DNA from: Octopus vulgaris
Lineage: Eukaryota
Assembly: GCA_951406725.2 (NCBI GenBank)
Contig: OX597817.1
Location: forward strand, 97,836,001-97,900,000
Length of the DNA stretch: 64,000 bases
Reading direction: 5' to 3'
The translations under genes were made by a program, and so were the position numbers. The notes below the pieces were generated by a model, which saw only the letters and a list, made by a program, of their open reading frames with translations, ran no database searches and was not told where the DNA came from. Shown here in pieces: positions 1 to 13,240 of this stretch (the stretch's first letter is position 1; the number at the start of each line of letters is the position of its first letter).

Positions 1-99
1 ATGTTTAGTGGAAGATTTTAATTCAAAACTTATGAAAACAAGACAGTTGTAATACAGAACCAGAGCCAGTTTCAGCCAGGTTGCTAACAAAAAGGTTAA
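1..99. mobile_element. Right end of a TTAA-flanked (piggyBac-like) MITE, cut by the window edge
   Basis: Ends in ...GCTAACAAAAAGGTTAA, resembling the reverse complement of a CCCTTT-type terminus followed by TTAA. The other end is not visible. Confidence 0.35.
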
Positions 100-323
100 T
101 GCTATAGCAGGAGTGCAGAATGTATACACACATGCTGAGAGGGAAGGCAACCACCCCATGACAAATTCAAGGATCTCCAGACCAGACTTAGTTTTGCCAG
201 ACTTAGTGAGGACTGCTTGAATGGCACATGATCTGCTAATTATATGTGCCAGCATATATGTATTTACCATAAAAAGTTATGGAGGATTTAGCAAAATGTT
301 AATGCGTATACTAAAAATTAACA

Positions 324-1570
324 TCAGGCTGAGTAAAAAGTTAGCAACATTTTGTAACATGAAATTCAACACAATATATTTCAACTATGTGGAAATGTTA
401 TTCATTAAAGTAAGTACCATTACAATCAACACATTTTTGCCAACAAGTCACGAGTTTCTTTAATCTGGTAACATAAAAATCTGGAGTTCTAGAGCTGATG
501 AACTCTTTGAATGCACTTTTAGCATCTGTTTGATTTTTGAACTCCTGTCACAGGAAACCATCAAGGGGCTTGAAAAAGTGGTAGTCGGTAGGAGAAATGT
601 GTGGGGAATAAGCTGGATGGAGAAGAACTTTATAGTCAAGTTCCTTCAACTTCTGGAGCATCATTAGTCAAATGTGTGGTTGAGCATTGTCATGAAGAAT
701 GATTGGTCCTGTTGACCAGTCTGGGACGGAGGAGTAGCAGTTTTTTATTCATTTTGGCAATTTCATGGCAATATGTTTCTGCAATAATGGTTTTTCCAGG
801 TTTTAAGAAATTATAGTGGATGAGTCCAGCAGTACACCATCAAAAAGTCACCATAACCTTCTTTTTGAAGAGCTTGGGTTTGGGGAGGGTTTTTGGTGCT
901 TCGTTTTGATCCAACCACTGCAAAGAATGTTTTTTTTTATCCTTGTACAGAATCCACTTTCCAATGCAAGTTACAATACAATCAATGGATCGGTCTGGTT
1001 ATGGAGAAGAAGCAATGAGCAAATTTCATATCTGCACATTTTCTGATTTTCATTGAAACCGTATGGTACCCATATGTCAAGCTTTTTTGATTTTCTGATT
1101 GCATGCAAATGGTTGCAGGCAGTTTTCTGGCTAACTTGATGTTCTTTTCCCAGCACCCAAGTGGTTTTACATGGATCTATCTGAAAGACGGTTTTTAATT
1201 GACCATCATCCACTATGCTCACAATCTTCAAGGCTCAGATCTCCATTGCGAAATCGTTTAAACCATTTTCAATCTGACCCACTCATTCCCAAATGTTTCA
1301 TTAATATCACAAGCAGTTTCAGCTGCTTTACATCCTTTTTTGAAGTTAACTAGCAAAATTGCTTGAATATTGCGCTTTGACAGTTCCATTTCAGATGGTT
1401 ATAACAATGGTGAAAAAAAAACATCAATGTTAATTTATTGATGCATTTGGGGAAGTCTCTGTTTTATCAGACAGTTGCAAAAAATGTTTAAAAAATTTCA
1501 AAACTCTGCAAAAATCTGGTACAAATTCTTCATGATTCAAAATGTTGCTTACTTTTTTTATTCAACGTGA
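324..1570 (-). mobile_element. Full-length decayed mariner (DD34D) transposon
   Basis: Imperfect TIRs at about 324-361 (TCAGGCTGAGTAAAAAGTTAGCAACATTTTG) and 1531-1570, with TA at 1571-72. The minus-strand transposase starts at ATG 1389 (MELSKRNIQAILL) and contains WVPYGF (WVPHEL-like), HDNAQPH, YSPHISPTDY and WQKCVDCNGTYF, broken by stops and frameshifts. Confidence 0.9.
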
Positions 1571-1779
1571 TATAATCAGTCAGGTGCAATGTGATACCAT
1601 AAAGGAAAAATTCAATCGTCACTAAGTGTGACTAAGGATGCCAGAGCACCTACATGGCTAGAAATAAGAGTTAAAAATACTCTTAATGCTGTTGGAGGAG
1701 CACAGAATGTATACACATATCACATATACAGGTATCATGCAAAAAGGAAAAGTAGAACTCAGAATATGAGTATATGTCC

Positions 1780-2500
1780 AAGGGGGTACCCAAAAGTAAC
1801 CAGAAACATCCTTTGTGGGACAAGATCATATTTCAGGCTTCTGCCACTAGAAAGCACTTGATGTGACTTACAGGGAACAGTCTGCTGACTGGCGTCATTG
1901 TGTGGGATTGTACTGTCACATGGTGTGTCTTTGTTTTGCAGTGCTTCTCCCCTGTTCATCGATTTTTGCTATAGCTGAAACAAAGGAACAGTGTGCTTCC
2001 ATGAAATTCTGTTTTTTGCTGGGGAAACCAGCTGCCGAAACAGTTCTCATGCTTCAAAGAGCTTACAATGCCACTGCCATGACAAAACACAAGTTTAGAA
2101 GTAGTTTTCATGCTTTAGGAATTGTCGCTTGAGGACCAACCTTGATCAGGGTGACCATCAACCTTCTGAATGAATGAAAATTCATGAACTGATCCTAGTG
2201 GACACATCACCAAACAATTTACTACTTGTTGATATGACTAGTGTGTTCTGGTGCTCCTACCAACAAATTCTGAGCAAGAAATTGCAAATGAAAAGAGTTG
2301 CAGCAAAATTTGTGCCTTGCTTGCTCATGGAAGATCAAAAGCAGTCACAACTGAATGCATGTTGTGAACTGAAAGAGCAGCTGGAATTGATTCAAACCTT
2401 TTTCCAAAGGTTATCACTGGTGACAAAAGCTGGTGCTACAAAATTTGCAGATGTGGATGAGGTGAAGAAAAAGAATGACAGAAGTGTTAAAAGGCATCAC
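1780..2500 (+). mobile_element. Internally deleted mariner (irritans-like) transposase relic
   Basis: Motifs EQCASMKFCFLLGKPAAETVLMLQRAY and MKRVAAKFVPCLL are present. ITGDKSWCY is joined directly to KFADVDEVKK, so the catalytic core is deleted. The relic ends at a (TA)n tract. Confidence 0.8.
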
Positions 2501-2513
2501 ATATATATATATA

Positions 2514-2841
2514 TGTAGTGAAGTCATCTTGACAGTTTTCAGTGTGCGCGTGCGGGGTTGGAATCTTCTAGAAGGCCTGCAAAGGTTCCCTCATGCACAC
2601 ACACTAAAAGACTGACAGAAAAAGTTCTGTCGCATTCCTTGCTTGCAGCGGAGACTCGGGACGCAGCCGTTGAACACTGTAGACGTGTTTTTGATTAACT
2701 CCAGATTTGCTGTGTGGTTGCTGACTGACCAAAATGTACATTTCACAATATACCCGAATAAAGAGTTGTATATATTGTTCGGATGCCTTTCTTGTTTCCT
2801 TATGTATACATTTTTTAAAACAAAGAGGAAGAAATCCTACA
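2514..2841 (+). repeat. 5' LTR
   Basis: TGTAGTG...TCCTACA with an internal AATAAA; about 14 differences from 7636-7963 by eye. Confidence 0.97.
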
Positions 2842-2843
2842 AG

Positions 2844-2855
2844 TGGTAACCCCGA
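2844..2855 (+). promoter_or_regulatory. Primer-binding site, tRNA-Trp type
   Basis: TGGTAACCCCGA, 2 nt after the LTR, one mismatch from the tRNA-Trp PBS TGGTGACCCCGA. Confidence 0.85.
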
Positions 2856-4281
2856 AAACAAGAACACTAGGCCAGTTCCAGCGACCCAGCTATGTTCCTG
2901 TCACAGTTCCAGTGATCCAGCCATGTTCCTGCTCCAGTCAACGACGACGCCAACATACCCCAGCAACTCAGGACGTGTTCCACTACTGTCGCCTTCATCT
3001 TGATGACGCCTTTCTCTGCCATCGCCATCTTTGACGCCACCATCAACACCGACATCATAGTTTATTGTCGCCCGTACTCACCAACATGACCAATTTTACT
3101 CACGCTGTTAGAGTGAGAATCTTTCACTGAGAGGAAAACAGTTGCAGTCTACCTATCTATATCAAGAGACTCAGCACAGCATCATAGCCACAACTTCTAC
3201 ACGGGTAGTAACCGGCTCTGCCACGTGACCCACAACATCTTGTTATAGAACTCTTAATATTGTGTACCTCAAGAACTGGTAAACTAACTCCATCTTTAAC
3301 TCTACGCTGAGACATTTTTTCTATGCTCTGTATTTTGTCTTACACGCATACACCTTGTTTGGTCTTTTGTACACACTTACACGAACACATAGACACAAAC
3401 ACTTGTCGCATGCACTCACACACTCAACTCTGCTAGGACACACACAAACATTTGTTGGTTCAATTGCTGGTTTTCTTCTTTTTTAATTTCAATTTATTTT
3501 TGTTTCTTTTCCTTTTTCATCAGTTTCTACTTTCATTCGATTTTTTCCCTTCCTTTGACAGGATCATCTGGTAAAATTAAAAACAAAATGTCTTTTGCAT
3601 CATTACCTGTTTTTACTGGAGATGCAACACTTTGGTTTGCGTAACTAGAGGCACATTTTTCAGCTCATAGTATTTCTTCTGAGCAACAATTGCAACTTCT
3701 TTATAGCTGTATGCCTTTGCAACTTGCAATTACTGCTAGAGATCTCGTTACAGATCCTAGTCCAGACGCTACTTATGCATCTGTGAAGGCAGAGATTTTA
3801 TGTAGAAATACCAGAAGTGAGGAGAGTACATTTAATGAGTTAATGGCAGACGAAGAGTTGGGGGATAGAACGCCGTCACAATTTTTGCGCCGTTTGAGAG
3901 AGTTAAGCGGTAAATCCGCTGACGCTCCTCTACTTTGGAAGATTTTCTTTTCAAGATTACCTTCCAATATACAAACAATTTTGCCACAGCACTTGAGTCA
4001 AATACTGTGGACCAAATAGCCTGATAAAATTGTTGAATTCTCCATGCAGCCGTCGTCACGTGCTGCTTGCGTCTGATCCGAGGTATCTTCTGCAGACTCA
4101 ATTGATGGCCTTTCTAAAAAAATTTACATTCTTACCAAAAGGATGGACGTGATGTGTTGTGATGGCAAGAGTTTCTCAAGATCGCATCTCGTTCCTCACA
4201 GTCAAAGTCCGGACTGTGTTGGTACCACTCCAAATTTGGAGACAAAGCACACAAGTGCATACAGCCATGCGCCTTTAAACA

Positions 4282-4323
4282 TTTAAACTAGCTTTGGAGG
4301 AGTTGTACACGTCAACTTCCTCC
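4282..4323 (+). promoter_or_regulatory. gag-pol -1 ribosomal frameshift cassette
   Basis: T TTA AAC is in the gag frame immediately before TAG 4289-91. A 7-nt spacer is followed by the stem-loop GGAGGAGTTG...CAACTTCCTCC. The protease ORF (4294) is in the -1 frame. Confidence 0.8.
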
Positions 4324-7300
4324 TCTTCGTTCTCTGGTTATCGTACATTTTTTGTAAAAGATCTAGTGTCGAAGAAATTCTTCATGGTAGACACTGGTTC
4401 TTGTGGTAGTATTTGGCCTCTGCGTCTTACTAACGACAGGCCAAAACGCTCTAATGTTACTTTGCACGCTATTGACTTGTCACCAATAGCCACATTCGAG
4501 CAGGTTTTGTTACGCCTCAACATAAATCTTCGTTGAGATTTTCAATGGGTTTTTGTCATTGCTGACATTCCGCATCCTATTTTAGGTGCGGATTTTCTAA
4601 ATCACTTTGATCTATTAGTAGATGTCAGGCATCAGAGGCAAGTCGACAGTTCGACTACACTCTCCACGCCGACTAGAGGATCTACCAATTCAGCTATTAG
4701 CCCAACATTTTTTGTTGCTACATCTGGAGATGTTTTTCATTCTCTTTTGGCTTCTTTTCCAGAGCTAGCCGATATTACTTTTAAAATGGCAAAACCCGTA
4801 CACTCAACACTCCATTTCATTACAACTACTGGGCCACCTGTTTTTTTGCACCTACGGCATCTTGAACCTGACTGTCTTAAAACGGCTAGGGCTGAGTTTG
4901 AGCATATGCTCCAGCTTGGTCTGATACACTCCTCCACCAGCCCATGGGCATCACCTCTTCATTTAGTCCAAAAAGGGGATACAGATTTTCGCCCAGTGGG
5001 AGATTATGGGCATCTAAATTCTGTGACGATTCCTGATAGATATCCAATGGCAAATCTTCATGGCTCTACAATTTTTTCTAAGGTTGACCTCATACGTGCT
5101 TATCATAAATACCAGTCAACCCAGCTGATGTTCCTAAAACGGCAATTACCACTCCTTTTGGTTGTTTCGAATTTTTATACATGAGTTTTGGTTTGCAGAA
5201 CGCTACTAGTACGTTCCAATGTTTTATAGATGAAGTTGTTCGTGGACTTGATTTTGTTTTCGCGTATGTCGATGATATCTTCACCGCAAGTGATACACAT
5301 GAAAATCATCTCCAGCACTTGTCTCAGCTTTTTCAACGTCTTCGCGACTATGGTGTTCACATTAATCCAGACAAGTGTGTTTTTTGGGCAATCTTCTCTT
5401 GACTTTCTCGGTCATTGTATTGATTCGAGTGGAATCAAACCTCTCTCGTCTAAAGCTGATGCAATTCAGCGCATCGCACCTCCTTCTTCTTTACGTCAAC
5501 TTCGCCATTTTTTGGGTATAGTTAATTTCTATCGATGCTTCATAGACCAGTGTGCGGACAAGCTGCTTCCTTTAACGCAGCTACTAACGGGCAATTCTAA
5601 AAAGAATGCCCACTCTTTCAGCTGAAGCATTGTCTGCCTTTGAGTTGGTAAAAAAAGGAACTAGTTTCAGTTCCTGTTCTAGCACATCCGGCTCCTGATG
5701 CTCCACTTTCTTTATCTGTGGATGCATCAGATTCTGCAGTTGGTGCTGCATGCCGTAGATGGTGAAACAAAACCTTTGGTTTTCTTTTCTTGCTAACTGC
5801 AGCCTGCCGAACACAGATATAGTATTTTTGATCGGGAGTTACTAGCGATCTATCTGTCGGTTCGGCATTTTCAGCACCAGGGATGGGAGTTTGTGATTTA
5901 TACTGATCACAAGCCCCTTACGTTTGACCCATCTTCCAAAACGGACAAACTCTCCCGTCGTGCTTTCCGTCACCTGGACTATATTTCTCAGTTTACAAGT
6001 GACATTCGACATGTGCCAGGGAGGAGAATGTCCCAGCTGATGCTCTCTCTAGGCTCCCTGTCAATTCCATTTCCTCTCCTGCAGCAATTGACTTAACTGC
6101 TATTTCGCAAATCAACCACCTTTAGCGGAGTTGGATTTAACTTCGTCCAAGTTTATCAATTGTAAGTTTGCCTACCTTCCGCACCCTTCAGCTGAAGTCT
6201 CTATTCTTTGTGACATCTCCACCAGTTCTCCTAGGCCGTTAGTACCTGAGAACCATCAACGTTCTGTTTTTGATGCCCTTCATTCATCCGGGCATCTCTG
6301 CCACAGTAAAGCTTGTTACTGCTCGGTTCTTCTGGCCCAATATGTGGCGATCGATTACCTCTTGGGCACGCTCTTGTTTGAAGTGCCAGAGGGCTAAAGT
6401 CCATAGACACGTTCGTGCTCCACTTGAAACAGTTTTCTTCTCCTGAGGCCTGTTTTCGCCATGTCCACCTTGATTTGGTTGGACTATGGCCTGTGAGTCG
6501 CGGTTTCTCATATATTTTAACTTGTATCAATCGTTTCTCACGTTGGCCGCAAGCCATTCCTATAGCAGACATTTCTGCTGAAACTGTTGCGAAAGCCTTT
6601 ATGTCTAGCTGGATTGCTAGGTTCGGTGTACTGTCCAGTTTAACCACAGATCGTGGTCAACAATTCGAAGCTGTTTTATTTCGTGAGTTATCACGAATCC
6701 TGGGGGTGCATCATATACGCACCACTAGTTACCCTCCCGCTTCTAATGGGATGGTGGAGCGTTTCCACAGGCAACTTAAGGATGCGTTGCATGCCTCGTC
6801 AAATCCACAGTTGTGGACTGAATTTCTTCCTATCGTCCTGCTTGGATGTCGGACTGCGGTTAAAGCAGACCTTGGTTTTTCTTCTGCCGAACTCTTGTAT
6901 GGTACCACACTGGCATTGCCTGGTACGATGTTGGTGCCAGACAAGTCACAGTATCTTAATTTAGAGTCTTATGTGGCTCAACTACGCAGTTATTTTTCTG
7001 CCCTTCCTCCTATGGGTCCCTGACACCAAAATCCTCCTTCTAATGTGCCATCAGATCTTGACTCTTGGACACATGTTTTTGTTCGAGATGATTCTGTCAA
7101 AGGACCTCTTGTTTCTCCTTATAAAGGACCGTTTCGTGTGCTTTCCAGCACACCGAAAATATTCGAACTTGACATTAACATATTTTGAGGTGTCCCCATT
7201 TTTTGATGACACCACTGCCACAACCACCTTTGAACCTTCACATGCACCTTTGACAACACCACCACTTACACATGCACCTTTATCAACACCAACTTTGGCA

Positions 7301-7635
7301 ACACCACCTTCGTCGTTGCAACCTGCCTCGAACAAACCTTATGTTACAAGGTCAGGCAGAACTGTTCACTGGCCAAAGAAACTTTCAAAGACTATTTATG
7401 TTTGACATTCTCAATTGTGTTTCCAGTGACAGTTACAATACTTATTGAACTTTGTTTTGTTTTTTTTTTGTATTTTTTCTCTTTCTTTGGTGCATGCTTC
7501 TTTGTGTTGTAAATTTTATTTTGTGTTGTCATGTTGTGGGCCACATGTTTTTGGTGATTTGGTAGCTACCTTATTTTCTGGAGCCACTACAATTTTTTTG
7601 TTTTGTTTCGTGCTTCCACTCTTGAGGGGGAGCCT

Positions 7636-7959
7636 TGTAGTGACATCATCTTGACAGTTTTCAGTGCACGCGTGCGGGGTTGGAATCTTCTAGAAGGCCT
7701 GCGAAGGTTCCCTCATGCACATGCACTAAAAGACTGACGGAAAAAGTTCTGTCGCGTTCCTTGCTTGCAGCGGAGACTCGGGACGCAGCCGTTGAACACT
7801 GTAGACGTGTTTTTGATTAACTCCAGATTTGCTGTGTGGTTGCTGACTGACCAAAATGTACATTTCACAATATACCCGAATAAAGAGTTGTATATATTAT
7901 TCGGATGCTTTCCTTGTTTCCTTACATATACATTTTTTAAAACAAAGAGGAAGAAATCC

Positions 7960-7963
<4 letters not shown>
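7636..7963 (+). repeat. 3' LTR, preceded by PPT GAGGGGGAG at 7624-7632
   Basis: Direct repeat of 2514-2841. Confidence 0.97.
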
Positions 7964-8007
<44 letters not shown>

Positions 8008-8088
8008 TTAATCCAAACATGAAAGCACAACAACACAAGGACGTGGAACAAATATAGTAATATTTGGACGCTAAGGAAAGAAGGAGGG

Positions 8089-8121
8089 TTTAACGTTTCG
8101 AGCAGAGCTCTTCATCGGAAA
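8089..8121 (-). ncRNA. Minimal hammerhead-like motif in a Penelope-type terminal fragment (about 8005-8165)
   Basis: Minus strand reads TTT-CCGATGA-AGAGCTCTGCTC-GAAAC-GTTAAA. The core is a CCGAUGA variant and stem III is essentially absent. Confidence 0.55.
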
Positions 8122-8294
8122 CATAGGAAAAAAAAATCGCCAACCATACACACGCAGTCGCATCGCTTATATATGTCTGTATCCATATATATATATATGT
8201 GTGTGTATGTATGCATCACTTATATATATATCTAAATCTATCTATCTATATATATATGTATGTATATCTAAATCTGTCTATATATATATATACT

Positions 8295-8430
8295 ATCTTT
8301 TACTTATTTCAGTCATTAAATTCCCTTTTTAAGCCTGGTACATATTCTATAGTAGAAGACACCCACAGTGCCACACAGTGAGACTGAACTCAGAACCATC
8401 TTAGGAAGCAAGCTTCTTATCACACACACA
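8295..8430 (-). mobile_element. Heavily deleted tRNA-derived SINE
   Basis: Pieces match the SINE at 41921-42337 (TTTCAGTCA, GGTACATATTCTAT, GAGACTGAACTCAGAACCAT). Confidence 0.7.
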
Positions 8431-8604
8431 CACACATACACTTTATTTGTGGGTTAATAAGGCAACCAGTGGTTTCATATGAAAAAATCTTTGCATATAA
8501 CTGTTAGCTGCCCTATTAACCCACGAATAAAGTATATTTGTACATCAATGTGGTGTTGCTCTCATTCTCAGTGTTCAATATTAACATATATACATATATA
8601 TATA

Positions 8605-9200
8605 TCATCATTTAGCATCCATATTCCATACTGGCATGGGTTGGATGGTTTGAGATCTGATGTTCCCAAGGACTCTATCATACTCCAGTGTCTGCTTTGG
8701 CATAATTTCTATGGATGGACACTATTCCTGATACTAATACTTCACAGTGTGTACAAGGTACTTTTTTTTAGTCACCGGCACTAGTGAGCTCGCCATGTAG
8801 CTTTCAAGACTATGAATCCTAAAGGTGCAGTTTTATACCAGGAGATGAAGGAGTAAAAGTGAGTCAATGGGCAAGAGCAGAAGAGGTTTCTTGCTCCAGA
8901 GGGGCTATATGCTTACTCACTTTTTGGTAGAGAATGTTGGAGTGATTAGGATGTAAATAATAATGATGAGGTATCAGGGTGGACACCCAAGGTGTGAGGT
9001 GAGTAGAAATGGGACAGAGCAACCAGGAGTGTGGATAGGTGAGGATTGCATGAAAGTACATGTAGAGGAAGAGATGGGATAAAGGTGAGGTGTTGAGAGG
9101 TAGGTAACCACTCTGAAGATTGTATGGAGTTGAAAGATGGATGTAGTGAATGGTTGATGGCCAATGATGCATGAGATAGGGGAAGTGAGGGAGTAGGATA
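8605..9200 (-). mobile_element. Old non-autonomous element with an RTE-type 3' tail
   Basis: CATCATTTAGCATCC...GGCATGGGTTGGATGG resembles the RTE 3' end at 42373; a similar plus-strand copy lies at about 40100-40865. Confidence 0.5.
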
Positions 9201-9449
9201 TGTGTGTGTGTGTATAGAGAGAAAGAAAGTTAAATTGATACATGATGGGTTTCTTCAAAATTTCCATTCACCAAATTTCTATCACAAGGCATCGATAAAG
9301 CTGAGGCTTCAGTAAATATCATTTGCTCAAAGTGCTGTACATAAGGATTGAATCTGGAATCATTCCATACTAAACAATAGCAGTATTCTCTTGATCTGCT
9401 TAGTACAGCAATTAAATCTCCCCTAATGAACTGTTTAGAATCTTTGAAA

Positions 9450-12400
9450 TGGTTGTAAAAATGTTTTAAGCCCAAAAACTTGATAGAGGATGCTTCAGTA
9501 TTAAAATGGAGATGGGGTGCATAATTAGAATATTTTGATTTGAACAAAAGAGCAAATTAATCTAAAACATGCTAGATTTGGGTTATATACTGTTAAAGTC
9601 ATTGGATAGAATGCTTTGCAGTTTTTGTTCTGACTCTCTGCACTTTAAGTTCCAAGGTCAACTTTGTCTCTCATTCTTCTGTGGGTCAGTAAAAAGGTAC
9701 CAATCCAAGGCTGTAGATTCATGGACCTATTAGAGTGTCAGATGCAATGACACTAGTTTCAATTTGTGTTGGTCTTAAAAATCATGGCCTTTCCCTTGAG
9801 CAACATTGGTTGCATCCAGAGGGAAAGTCATATGCAAGGCCAACTAAGAGTCATCCACAGAAGAAAAGAAATTAAAAAACTTGTCCAGGCCTGTACATAT
9901 AGGTGCAGACATATTGCCAACCCTAACTGCTGGAGGCCTCATATGTGCTGCCTCAGATTTATTTGTTCCTTTATTAGAATTAAAGCGTAGATTGTTGAGC
10001 TGTAGCTCCTCTGGAGGCTCAATTTATAAGACTGTTGTTTTTGCAAGGCATGTAAACAGAAATCTGATGATACAGTTGATTATTCTAAATGTTTCAAAAT
10101 AATTTAGAAATATAAACACACTGGAATCCCACAACTTGCTCATGTGTATCATAAAGGATGCACCTTGTGAAGTTGTTTGAGCATGTCCACTTGAGTCGGA
10201 TAAGTGATACCTGCTTAGAAGCCTCTATTTAGCCAGGGTCATTAAGAATTCAGTTGATTACTACTACTCATATCTTATTTAAATGAATTTTCATCTACAC
10301 TAGCAGCAACAAAACCCAACTCTAATGGTAAGGCAGATTTAGGTACCAGAAACTAGCACATTTTGATATAAGTCAATTCAGGTGTGATCAGTGAAATATT
10401 TCTCATACAATTCCATGCCAAGTCTTTGGTCTTCATCTTCATCCAAGGAAATCTTATTCACTTTGTAAGATAAACAGCATTGGATCGGAACCAAGATGAT
10501 GAAAGGACTTTATTTTGTGCAGCCTCTCAATCAGCTACGTTATCAGCATCTGAAACAATCAAAATAAATTATAGAAATTCTCTTTGTACCTTGACTGATT
10601 TTGGATCAACAAACAGTTTTATTGCAAAGGAATTGTTTGCTTCATTGTAACTGTATCATTAGTCTACTATGGAGTTTGAGGACTATTCTCCTTTTACTAT
10701 ATATGATTACATTGATATTAGAATACAAATCCAATGTCAAAATTAAAATGTACAACAGAAGGTAGTTTGTACCTGAAACACAACTAATTGTAAAAACGAG
10801 TTTCTTAGCTCATTACCAGCCAATAAAGATGGATCCTAGAAGAGAATGACCAAAACTACTATTTATGATATCTTACACATTAATGCTGTACTATTTTCTT
10901 TTTTTCAGTAATGAAGATTGACCCACTTTCCATATTTTCTAATTTTCTTATCAACCAAAGTGTATTAAATTATGCAACCTATCTTCAACAGATTTTGAAA
11001 TCATCTATATGGAAGTCAATCTTCCATAAAAGAAGGTTTAATTGAGCCTTCTCATTTTCCATGAAATGCACAAGTTCTTGTCACAGGAACTAACAAACTA
11101 TGATTGGCAATAGATTATGCCCAAATTGGCAATAGATTCCCCCCAACTTAATGCCTATCTATCTTCAAATATCATCAACATTTCTAATACATGCATCTAC
11201 TAGGACAACCAAAACATAAAAAATAAGAATGAATTGTATAGAAATATCTACTTACATAATAAAATAAGTATATAAAAAATAAAAATAAAATCTCTCTCTC
11301 AACAATTCACTCCCCTTGAGGGAAATTTCTTCCCCTCTTCTATTTCTTAGTAAACCCTATTTCTCTGCTTCTTAAGCTGAAAATAACTGCAGATGGCAGC
11401 AGCAACAGTAGTCACCAGTCAAATTTCACACATTTTGGATACAATTACACAAGATATTTTGTATGATATAAACATGAAATCAACATGTTATCAAATATAA
11501 ATTCAAAATTGAAAATAAAGTCCTTACTACATTTAATGCTTATGAGAATCTTTACCAATTTTGTTGATTGGGCATTGGTGTTACAAATGTAGTCCCAAAA
11601 ATTGAGAAGTATAAATCAAGAAAGTACCTCTTTATCTTAATGAGATAATTGATGATGTGATACAAGAGGAACATAATTCAAATCTGATTGTTTTTTAAAA
11701 TTGTTGCTAAAGAAATTTTACATTCAGTTATGACATGTATTGGTGATAAGGAAACTGCTTTACTTAAGTCACACCATTGAAAATTGTAGCAAGTAATCTG
11801 GCCCTGAGGCATTTGATGGATTTTCATATACCAACCATATTTCCTCAGTTTTGACATCTTTTTTGCTTACAATGTTAAATGAGCTAAAAATTACTTGTAT
11901 AAAGTCAACCTTTCTCGATTTCATAAGAAAAATTATTTCAGTTGGATGTAAGGGCTCTTAAAAGTTATTTTCCATTTTAAAGGCAGATGCTGCCACAGCA
12001 TATCTAGCCACACCAAATGATAAAAGACTTAATTCTTCAGTTATATGCTTCTAGTACAGCCAGTTGTATGTTGCTTTCTCCATAATATGAGTCAATTGCA
12101 TTCTTGCAAACTGAATGAAAACAACCTGCCAAGGAGCTAGAAGTATGGGTGGTAAACTTACTCAGTTTAACACCCAATTAGTCCTTGGTTGCCTTTAGTG
12201 AAGTTCACCTGTTGCAAGCATTCAGGCTAGGTCTCCTTTTTGGCTATAATGTCCTCTCTTCCTCCACCTGCTTCAGAGATCCTGAAAAGCATAGATCATC
12301 AGCTTTCTCTCTCTAACTAAATTGAAAAGAAGAAAGCATTTGCAATCATTGAAGCTTTTTGGAAATGGAGATCTTTCATTCAAATATTTTATAGAACAGT

Positions 12401-12500
12401 AAAGGCTGAACAGCCAGCCAGAGCATTACTTTTCTTAAATAAAAAATATGGGATTAAAAATACTTCTAATTTAAGAAAAGAATTGCTATGGCTATTCTGT
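9450..12500 (+). pseudogene. Very degenerate second Gypsy (Mag-like) gag-pol relic, no LTRs seen
   Basis: Protease-like TLTDFGSTNSFI (about 10590), RT-like AQVLV...IDYAQIGNRFPQLNAY (about 11070-11160), LYQF...GIGVTN (about 11550) and RNase H-like IEK...AFAIIEAFWKWR (about 12320). A degraded SINE lies at about 9600-9770. Confidence 0.7.
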
Positions 12501-12854
12501 CTTTACATAAATGTGTGTACGCACACACACACATTGATTAAAAACACAACTATATTCAAGTTTATTTCTTTTTTATTTTAGTTTTTGCATATTTTTTATT
12601 AACTTTTTATGGTTTGTCTGAAGCGATAGTGTTCCTAAATCCATGTCTGACATTTCAAGAATTGAATTTTTGTAGTCTTTACTGCTAAAGGTTTTTTTTT
12701 ATACTTAGCATCATGCATCAGCAGTCACAAACAAAATTCTATGATATGGCAGCTAAAAACAAAACATGTACAAAGGAATTCCTAAGGAAATTGATCAAAA
12801 GGCAAATAGGTACAGCAACTCAAGAGATCAGAAAAACAAATCAATATGTACATG

Positions 12855-13222
12855 TTCTTTTATTCTTTTATTTGTTTCAGTTATTTCACTGTGGCCATGC
12901 TGGAGTACTACCTTAATAAGTTTTAGTTGAAGAAATCAACCCCAGCACTTATTCTTTGTAAACATAGTACTTATTCTATTGGTCTTTTTTGCTGAACTGC
13001 TAAGTTATGGGGGACATAAACACACCAGCATCAGTTGTCAAGCAATGGCGGGGGGGGGGGGACACAAACTCAAACACACAAATACACACATATATGATGG
13101 GCTTCTTTCTGTTTCTGTCTACTCACAAGGTTTTGGTTATCCAATGTGTCATGCAGTGGGACTGAACCTGGAACCATGTGGTTGGGAAGCAAGCTTCTTA
13201 CCACACACCCATGCCTGTGCCT
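12855..13222 (-). mobile_element. tRNA-derived SINE (octopus-type)
   Basis: Same family as 41921-42337 and 62505-62876. Confidence 0.9.
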
Positions 13223-13240
13223 ATATACATATATATATAC

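Larger units (their letters stand above)
2514..7963 (+). mobile_element. Full-length but disabled Ty3/Gypsy LTR retrotransposon, CsRn1-like clade
   Basis: Two 328-bp TG...CA LTRs, a tRNA-Trp-like PBS and a PPT. Gag starts at 3588 and has the CHCC motif CWYHSKFGDKAHKCIQPC. Pol has protease MVDTGS, RT PWASPLHLV and YVDDI, RNase H DAS and TDHKPL, integrase TTDRGQQF and NGMVERFHR, and a GPF motif. Many stops and frameshifts. Confidence 0.96.

Noticed and set aside
9230-9547. 105-aa minus-strand ORF as a host exon
   Set aside because: It has no recognisable domain and overlaps the probable start of the degenerate Gypsy on the other strand.
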